Source: Myxococcales bacterium
GTDB taxonomy: Bacteria > Myxococcota_A > Polyangia > Polyangiales > Polyangiaceae
Direction of reading: 5' to 3'
Length of the DNA stretch: 64,000 bases
NCBI GenBank assembly: GCA_043747615.1
Contig: JAYTOU010000035.1
Coordinates: 1-64,000, forward strand
The notes under the pieces are model-generated. The model worked only from the letters and a program-made list of their open reading frames with translations. It had not been told where the DNA came from and ran no database searches. The position numbers and the translations under genes were made by a program. This document shows, piece by piece, positions 57,483 to 64,000 of this stretch; positions within the stretch are counted from its first letter, which is position 1, and every line of letters begins with the position of its first letter.

Positions 57483-57556
57483 GAGGGCCGATTTTCTAGC
57501 ACAGTCCTCGAGGTATCTGGGATAGCGGGCGGTTTTGTGTAACAAACGTCTCCGAC

Positions 57557-59035
57557 ATGCACCCGATCTTGTTTCGCATCCCGCTTCCCCATGTGCCGCT
57601 CAAGCTTTGGTGGGCCCTCGCCGCGATCGCTGCGGTGTCGTTCGTCTACGCGATCGCCATGCAACGGAAGGCGATTCGCGACAGCGCGATGTCCGGCGCG
57701 GCCGTGGCGATCCTCGCGGGTGGGACGGCTTACTACTTCCGGGAGACGCAGTTCGAGGCCCTCGACCTGCCGATTTACTCGTACGGCGTGATGCTCGGCC
57801 TCTCGCTCGTCGTCGGCTGGTACCTGACGCTGACCCTCGCCGAGAAGGACGGTCTGCCGAAGGAGACGATGGCAAACTGCTACGTGGTCACCGCCATCGC
57901 GGCCATCGTCGGATCACGTGTACTCTACATTGTTACCAACCTCGACGAGTTCAAGACGGCGGCGGACCTCTTCGCGCTTCGTCGCGGCGGCCTCGTCGCC
58001 TACGGCGGATTCCTCGGCGGATACCTGGGGAGCTGGGGTTTTCTCGCGCGTCACAAAATTCGCCTGATGCCGTGGGCCGACGTCGCGGTTCCGAGCCTTG
58101 CGTCGGGGCTGATGATTACCCGCATGGGCTGTTACCTGTTCGGATGCGATTTCGGAAAGCGCCTCCCCGAAGGCGCGCCCGGCTTCCTAAAGAAGCTCGG
58201 AACGTTCCCGCACTGGGCCAAAGGCACGATCGAGGGTGGCGACGGATCGCCTGCGTTCATAAGGCACCTGGAGATTTACCGCGGCACGCCGCTCGGCAGC
58301 GAGCTCATGAAGACCAACGCGTCTCTTCCCGTGCACCCCACACAGATCTACGAGTCGCTCGTCGGACTCACCCTGCTCGGGATCCTCTTGCTTCAGCGAA
58401 AGCACCAGAAATTTCGCGGGCAGATCTTTTTTACCTTCGTGTTCGGCTACGGATTTTTGCGCTTCCTCCTCGAGATCATTCGGGACGACGCAGAGCGCGG
58501 TGAGTACGGCCCCGTGATGGCGGAGCACATCCTCGTTCCGGGGGCGCTCCTTCTTCTGGCAATCGGGTTCGCCTTCGGAATCGCGCTCGGCATCAAAAAT
58601 CCGACCGCACGCACCGCAGCTCGCATTGCCGCGTTCGTCCCGCCGATCGTGGCCTACCTGGTGCTGAAGCCCGCATCGTTCGGGAGCCAGATGAACGTGC
58701 AGCTGTCGACGAGCCAACTGATTGGCCTCACCACGGGTCTCATCGTTTCCTATTTCTACGCACGCTTCTGGCAAGACGCGCGGAAGCATCCGCACATGGC
58801 CATGGCGCTCGGCGTCGACGGCGATCTCGATCACCAAGCGAGGAGCGACGACGAAGAGAGCGCCGCAGACGAGGCAGCGGACGAAGAAACCGAAGCTCAG
58901 AGCGACGACACGGCGGATGCCGCTCCCGTCCCGCGTCGAGCGAAAAAAGGGCTCAGGAAAAAGACGCCCGCGAAAGTCGAAGCGAGCGAAGACGACGCTG
59001 ACGATGCTCCGGCCGGAGATCCCGCCGAAAGCTGA
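57557..59035 (+). CDS. lgt: prolipoprotein diacylglyceryl transferase (extended form)
   Basis: MHPILF, YSYGVM, GGLVAYGG, RMGCYLFGCDFG, VHPTQIYES, RFLLEIIRDD. Confidence 0.92.
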   Translation: MHPILFRIPLPHVPLKLWWALAAIAAVSFVYAIAMQRKAIRDSAMSGAAVAILAGGTAYYFRETQFEALDLPIYSYGVMLGLSLVVGWYLTLTLAEKDGLPKETMANCYVVTAIAAIVGSRVLYIVTNLDEFKTAADLFALRRGGLVAYGGFLGGYLGSWGFLARHKIRLMPWADVAVPSLASGLMITRMGCYLFGCDFGKRLPEGAPGFLKKLGTFPHWAKGTIEGGDGSPAFIRHLEIYRGTPLGSELMKTNASLPVHPTQIYESLVGLTLLGILLLQRKHQKFRGQIFFTFVFGYGFLRFLLEIIRDDAERGEYGPVMAEHILVPGALLLLAIGFAFGIALGIKNPTARTAARIAAFVPPIVAYLVLKPASFGSQMNVQLSTSQLIGLTTGLIVSYFYARFWQDARKHPHMAMALGVDGDLDHQARSDDEESAADEAADEETEAQSDDTADAAPVPRRAKKGLRKKTPAKVEASEDDADDAPAGDPAES

Positions 59036-59037
59036 GA

Positions 59038-60096
59038 TTGCGCGTGAGATTTCGATCTTTTCTTTCGGCGAGCGTTGCGTGCGCACCGCTCGTTTTTTCG
59101 AGCAGCGCGTGGGCCGACAAGGTGGCGGTGTTGCCGTTCAGCGGCTCGACGAGCGTCGCCACGCGAGCGGATCTCGAGCGCGCCCGGTTGGCCACGAAGG
59201 ACGCCGTCGTCGAGCACCGACACACGTTGCCGAGTGCCTCCGAGATGCTCACCGCCGAGATGGCGGTCAAAGACGGCGTCGCAGATACGAGCGAGGAGTA
59301 CCGGGCGGCAGGTCGCGCTTCGAGCTCCGACTGGACGGTGTCTGCGCGGGTCGACCTCCACGGTGCGCACTACCGCATCGAGCTCGAGGCATGTCAGGTG
59401 TCGTCGGGAAGGGTCGAGTCGCTCGCGCGGGAAATCGATCCTCCGCAGGCAACCCCTCAGATCGGAGAGATGATCGCGATCCTCCTTCGTCCCGAGGGGA
59501 TCGCCAACGTCGACATTCCATGGGAGCACGCTGCGCCGCCGCCGCCTCCACTTCCGCCGCCCACGCCGCCCACGCCGCCTGCGCCTCCTTCGCCTCCTTC
59601 GCCGCCGAAGCCGCCCGAGCCACCGCCGGTGCGCCATGCCTACGCCGAAGGCCATCCGATCGCGTTTGGACTCGAAGCTGGCGGGTTCGCGGCTTTTGCT
59701 CGCCCCTCGAACGCCCGCGGCCCGAGAGGGTCGGCGAACATCGGGGGCGTCGTCGGCTACGCGATCGAGACCGTTCCCGGCTTGGAGCTTCGGGGCGAGC
59801 TTGCCGGAGCCGTCGCCGGCCCGCAGGCGGTCTACTTCGACGTCGGTGCGCGCTACGCATTGATGGTCGTCCCGACGCTTCGTATGTACGCCGGACCGGA
59901 GCTCGGTCTGGGCGGATTTTTCCCGGTGGGTGGCGACAAATCGGCTCGTTTTCTCGGGCGAGGTTCACTCTTCGCCGGTATTGGAATTGGTGAGCGCTTT
60001 CAGGTCGAGGGCTTCGGCGATCTCGCGTTGGCGCCCGGCGGATCGGGAACGATCGCCCTCGTCGGCGGCGGAGCCCGCGTCGTCGTTCGGTTCTAA
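59038..60096 (+). CDS. secreted protein: N-terminal alpha/beta domain, Pro-rich linker, C-terminal outer-membrane beta-barrel-like domain
   Basis: Signal peptide (AWA), VAVLPFSG, poly-Pro linker, amphipathic strands ending in Phe. Confidence 0.65.
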   Translation: MRVRFRSFLSASVACAPLVFSSSAWADKVAVLPFSGSTSVATRADLERARLATKDAVVEHRHTLPSASEMLTAEMAVKDGVADTSEEYRAAGRASSSDWTVSARVDLHGAHYRIELEACQVSSGRVESLAREIDPPQATPQIGEMIAILLRPEGIANVDIPWEHAAPPPPPLPPPTPPTPPAPPSPPSPPKPPEPPPVRHAYAEGHPIAFGLEAGGFAAFARPSNARGPRGSANIGGVVGYAIETVPGLELRGELAGAVAGPQAVYFDVGARYALMVVPTLRMYAGPELGLGGFFPVGGDKSARFLGRGSLFAGIGIGERFQVEGFGDLALAPGGSGTIALVGGGARVVVRF

Positions 60097-60097
60097 T

Positions 60098-60556
60098 TTG
60101 GACCTCGTCTCCCGGCGCGACACCGTGCGGTTGGGAAAAGCGATCGCCGCGCGGCTGGAGCCCGGAGATCTCGTGCTGCTCTCGGGAGATCTTGGAGCCG
60201 GAAAAACCTTCCTGGCCCGCTCTATCGCCCGCGCCCTCGGCGTCCCCCGCGAGCGCACGATCGTGAGCCCGACCTTTACCCTCGTGCAGGAGTACGATTG
60301 CCCAAAGGGGGGCCTGCTCGTTCACGCCGATCTCTACCGTCTGCGTGGGTCAACGAGTGGTCTTCCGAGCGAGGTTGCGAGGCTCGGTATCCGGGAGAAG
60401 CGTGGCGAGGGAGCGATAGTGATCGTCGAGTGGGGCGAGGGGATCGAAAGTCTTCTTGGCGTCGAGGCCGCTTTCGACGTGCGCCTGCGCGTGCTCACGG
60501 ACGGCGCGCGTACCGCCGAAATTTCAGGGACGAAGCAAGCCGAGCTCGCGGTGTGA
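60098..60556 (+). CDS. tsaE: tRNA t6A biosynthesis ATPase
   Basis: [36 protein letters not shown] start inferred. Confidence 0.93.
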   Translation: MDLVSRRDTVRLGKAIAARLEPGDLVLLSGDLGAGKTFLARSIARALGVPRERTIVSPTFTLVQEYDCPKGGLLVHADLYRLRGSTSGLPSEVARLGIREKRGEGAIVIVEWGEGIESLLGVEAAFDVRLRVLTDGARTAEISGTKQAELAV

Positions 60557-62973
60557 TGGGGGCGATGCGTGCCGTTGCCATCGGCGCCGCCTCCGGTTTG
60601 CTCACTCTCGGGCTCGTCCGGGGATCCGTGCATCATACAAGTGACAAGACCGGAACCCACTCCGTGCGGGCGCCGGGCGGGGGCCGACTGCAAGGGCAAC
60701 GCGTCGCCTACGCGCTTCAGTCGTCGCTCGGCCGGGTGACCGCGCGCACGCTCGACGGCCTGCTCACTCTGCCGATGGAGCTTTCCCTTCTCGTCGATGG
60801 AGTGCCCCAGCCGCTCCCGCTCTCGCGCCTCGAGCCACTCGCCTCTCGCTATGGGCTCGGGGCTTCAGCCGTGATCGAGTTCGGCGGAACGGCGGTCGTA
60901 GCCGTCGTCGAGTTCCATCTCGACACGCCGACGGACGCGCTCATCGTCGAGCTCTCTCTTCCGGACACGGCGTTGCTCGGCACGCACACCGTTGCTCTGC
61001 GTCTGGATTTGCCCTCGGAGGGTCGGGTGGCCTTCGTCAGTGGAATCGGAGAAATTTCCGATAGCGCGCAGGTCTCCGGAAAAATATTGGTGATCGATGG
61101 TGACCCTCATCCCGTAGGCGTCGTCTCCGCGTCGGGCCCACTCGGCGTGCAGGCGCATTCCGAAGAAGAGGGTCCACCGTTTCACCTGGCCGTCTCGAGC
61201 CCACCGCTCACCGAAGGAGAGAGGGGCAGGGCAACCGATCTCCGCGTCACCATCGGCTCAACGGGAGCGGCAATCTGGAAGTCGCTCTACAACCTCGGCG
61301 CGATGCCTACCGCCCGCGTCGCCGGGGTGGTCACCGGAGCCCACGAACGGGCGCGCGTCTTCGGTCTCGATGGAGACGGCGCTCCTCAAGTACGTGCGCT
61401 CCTGGCCATCGATGGTCGCTTCGATCTGGAAGTGCCGCGCACCGTCGTCCAGTGGTACGCCGCCCTCGACACCGCACGCACCAGCGCGCCCGTCGCGTTC
61501 TTGCCGGGCACGACCTACGATCTTCGTCTCGACGTCTCCCCCGGCGGCGAGCTCCGCGTTCGCATCATCGACGGCGACACGAATTTGCCGCTCACCGCGC
61601 GCCTTCTCGTCCACGGCATCGACGGCACCCTCGACCCGAGCTTCGGGCCTGATTACCGCGCCTCCGGTGCAGGCCCGATCATCGATTCTCTCCGCGGCGA
61701 GGTGGCCACGCCTCTCCCTGCCGGGCGTTATCGGGTAGCGGCTACGAAGGGGCTCGAGTGGAGCATCGACGCCAAAGTGGTGGACATCGTCGGCGGCCGC
61801 GGCGTCTCCGTCGATCTCTTTCCGCGCCACGTCGTTCCCACCCCCGGCGTCATCGGCTGCGATCTTCACGTTCACGCCAGGCCGAGCTTCGACACGCCGG
61901 TCTCCGCCGAAGATCGCGTGCTCTCTCTCGTGTCCGCAGGGATCGATTTTGCGGTTCCCACGGAGCACAACATCGTCGGCGATTACGTGCCCGCTCTCGA
62001 GACGCTCCACCTCGAGGGCGAGATGCTCACCGTCCCTGGGGTCGAGATCACCACCTACAGTCCGCGCCTCGGTCACTTCGGCCTCTTCCCGTATCCGCGC
62101 GGGACAACGGTTCCCCGCTACCGTCACAGCAACATCAATCAAGTCTTCAACGATGCCCACCGCGGGGATCCCAACCGCATTCTGCAGGTCAATCATCCGC
62201 GCTTGCCCAAGGGCATCGGTTACTTCGAGCTCTTTGGATTCAAGCCAAACGCGCCGAACCCTCCTCGCAACATGCGCACCGACTTCGACAGCATCGAGGT
62301 CTACAACGGCTACGATCTCCCGTTCCCCGCGCGGATCGACGCCGTCCTCCGCGACTACTACGCGCTCCTCAATCAGGGTCATCACTACGTCGCGACGGGG
62401 AGCAGCGATTCTCATCGCATCCAGTACCAGTGGGCGGGCTATCCGCGAACGCTGGTGAGCGTGGGGCCCGAGGCCGACGCGGGGGGGCCCTTCGATCCGC
62501 TGAAGGTCGTCGCGCAGCTGAAAAAAGGACACGCCGTCGTCACAAGCGGTCCGATCATCGAGCTCACCGCCAACGGCGCTGGGCCCGGAGACGAGGTCTC
62601 CCTCCCGCTAGGCGCAGAGCTCAACGCGCACGTCCTCGTTCGCGCGGCACCGTGGGTCGACGTTACCTCGATTGAGGTGATCGTGGGTGGACGTGTGATG
62701 AAGACGATCGATGTCCCGTCGCGCCCGACGCAGCTTGGTCTAGAGATCGGAACGCGCGAGGAAGCATTTGCGAGGACCATCCGTTTCGTTGGTGAAGTCG
62801 CTATTCCCATCACTGAAACGAACACATGGTTTTTGATTCTTGCGCGAGGTACGCGTCGCTTGGACGACGTTCTTCCGTTCATGCCCATCCCGCCGCTCGG
62901 TCTCACGAATCCGATCTGGATCACCCGAAGTGGGACAACAGGCGACAAGGGCGCCGTCGACCAAAACCCCTAA
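60556..62973 (+). CDS. CehA/McbA-family PHP metallohydrolase
   Basis: CDLHVHA, PTEHN, GVEIT, GHFG, VNHPR, IEVYNG, GSSDSH. Confidence 0.85.
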   Translation: MGAMRAVAIGAASGLLTLGLVRGSVHHTSDKTGTHSVRAPGGGRLQGQRVAYALQSSLGRVTARTLDGLLTLPMELSLLVDGVPQPLPLSRLEPLASRYGLGASAVIEFGGTAVVAVVEFHLDTPTDALIVELSLPDTALLGTHTVALRLDLPSEGRVAFVSGIGEISDSAQVSGKILVIDGDPHPVGVVSASGPLGVQAHSEEEGPPFHLAVSSPPLTEGERGRATDLRVTIGSTGAAIWKSLYNLGAMPTARVAGVVTGAHERARVFGLDGDGAPQVRALLAIDGRFDLEVPRTVVQWYAALDTARTSAPVAFLPGTTYDLRLDVSPGGELRVRIIDGDTNLPLTARLLVHGIDGTLDPSFGPDYRASGAGPIIDSLRGEVATPLPAGRYRVAATKGLEWSIDAKVVDIVGGRGVSVDLFPRHVVPTPGVIGCDLHVHARPSFDTPVSAEDRVLSLVSAGIDFAVPTEHNIVGDYVPALETLHLEGEMLTVPGVEITTYSPRLGHFGLFPYPRGTTVPRYRHSNINQVFNDAHRGDPNRILQVNHPRLPKGIGYFELFGFKPNAPNPPRNMRTDFDSIEVYNGYDLPFPARIDAVLRDYYALLNQGHHYVATGSSDSHRIQYQWAGYPRTLVSVGPEADAGGPFDPLKVVAQLKKGHAVVTSGPIIELTANGAGPGDEVSLPLGAELNAHVLVRAAPWVDVTSIEVIVGGRVMKTIDVPSRPTQLGLEIGTREEAFARTIRFVGEVAIPITETNTWFLILARGTRRLDDVLPFMPIPPLGLTNPIWITRSGTTGDKGAVDQNP

Positions 62974-63124
62974 AATTCTCGCGTAGAAAACGGCCTGCTC
63001 ACTCGCCCGCACAAGACTTCGATGATACGTTGTGCGCGTGTGACGGGCCGAAGACGCTTGCGCAAAACAGACGGAAGACAGAACAGAGTTGGGGGCGGGG
63101 CGTGATCGTCTGGAAAACAAAGGC

Positions 63125-64000
63125 GTGGTGACCGGGGTGGAAGCGACCTTTGGTCGGTATCGACTTCTCGAGCGACTCGGCCAAGGCGGGATGGCCGAAG
63201 TGTTCAAGGCGAAAAGCTTTGGCGTCGAGGGGTTCGAGAAAGTCTTGGTCATCAAGCGAATTCTTCCGGAGCTCGCACGGAGTCCAGAGTTCGTGAACAT
63301 GTTCATTCACGAAGCAAAGCTCGCCGTGCGTTTGTCGCACGCGAACATCGTGCAAGTCTTCGATCTCGGGCTCGCGCCATCCCTGGGGGGCCCTGCCGCC
63401 TCCCCAGTAGGCTCGGGCGAAGCGGAAGTCGCAGCGGCGCCCGACGCGTACTTCATGGCCATGGAGTTCGTGCAGGGCTTCGACCTGGCGACGCTCCTCG
63501 CGCGCTGCCGTCGCGCTCAAGTCACGCTCCCTCTCGACATGTGCGTCTTCATTGCCGCCGAGGTCGCCAAGGGGCTCGACCACGCGCATCGTCGTCGCGA
63601 CGAACAGCTTCGCCCGCTCGGGATCGTTCATCGCGACGTGTCTCCGCAGAACGTTCTCTTGTCGCTCGAAGGCGAGGTCAAGGTCACCGACTTCGGGATC
63701 GCCAAAGCACGCGGAGCCCTCGAGCCCCCTTCGGAGGACACCCGCACGCGACAGCTCCACGGCAAATTCGGATACATGAGCCCGGAGCAAGCGCGCGGCG
63801 AACAGGTCGATGCACGGAGCGATCTCTTCTCGCTCGGTGTGCTTCTCTACGAGTGCGTCGCCGGCGTGAATCCATTCAGCGCGCCCACCACGTTCGAGAC
63901 CCTCCGGCGTGTTCAGGCCGGGGAGGCACCGCCCGTCGAGCTCCTCCGGCCGGATGCGCCGCCCGAGCTCGTGACCATCGTGCAGACCGCGATGGCCAAA
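63125..64000 (+). CDS. Ser/Thr protein kinase (runs off the 3' end; absent from the ORF track)
   Basis: Manual translation: FGRYRLLERLGQGGMAEVFKA, VIKRILP, HRDVSPQNVLL, DFGIAK, GKFGYMSPEQ, SDLFSLG. Confidence 0.93.
   Translation, partial: MVTGVEATFGRYRLLERLGQGGMAEVFKAKSFGVEGFEKVLVIKRILPELARSPEFVNMFIHEAKLAVRLSHANIVQVFDLGLAPSLGGPAASPVGSGEAEVAAAPDAYFMAMEFVQGFDLATLLARCRRAQVTLPLDMCVFIAAEVAKGLDHAHRRRDEQLRPLGIVHRDVSPQNVLLSLEGEVKVTDFGIAKARGALEPPSEDTRTRQLHGKFGYMSPEQARGEQVDARSDLFSLGVLLYECVAGVNPFSAPTTFETLRRVQAGEAPPVELLRPDAPPELVTIVQTAMAK

Noticed and set aside
59531..59630. CCG-rich repeats (also ~55800-56160)
   Set aside because: They encode poly-proline linkers and are not DNA-level repeat elements.
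62999..63790. 263-aa minus-strand ORF
   Set aside because: Antisense shadow of the plus-strand Ser/Thr kinase, which is missing from the track because it has no stop in the window.

Overview
High-GC bacterial chromosome segment whose gene content points to Myxococcota, probably Polyangiaceae/Labilitrichaceae-like (MYXO-CTERM-like tail, MXAN_5187-type protein, eukaryotic-like Ser/Thr kinase, many Cys-rich lipoproteins). Family assignments come from motif recognition by eye, not database searches. The left end (1-4.6 kb) is an accessory biosynthetic block: a terminal NRPS condensation domain, an acyl-AMP/CoA ligase, a ketoreductase, a LnmK-like double-hot-dog protein and two ACPs. It sits next to two tRNA-Ser genes and two gene remnants, and its five-gene cassette is bracketed by an exact 10-bp direct repeat. 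The rest is mostly core genome (miaE, dnaA with a ~620-bp upstream region, cysS, mlaE, folE, pdxH, asd, aroF, lgt, tsaE) mixed with lineage-specific envelope and signalling genes. Best candidates for new biology: an apparently circularly permuted alpha/beta-hydrolase lipoprotein; an aroF + PaaK-like ligase + SufS-like desulfurase operon; the LnmK/ACP cassette; a YfiR-type protein paired with a membrane CheA-like kinase; and a CysRS with substitutions in its KMSKS and WHIEC motifs. No CRISPR array, rRNA, integrase or transposase was seen.
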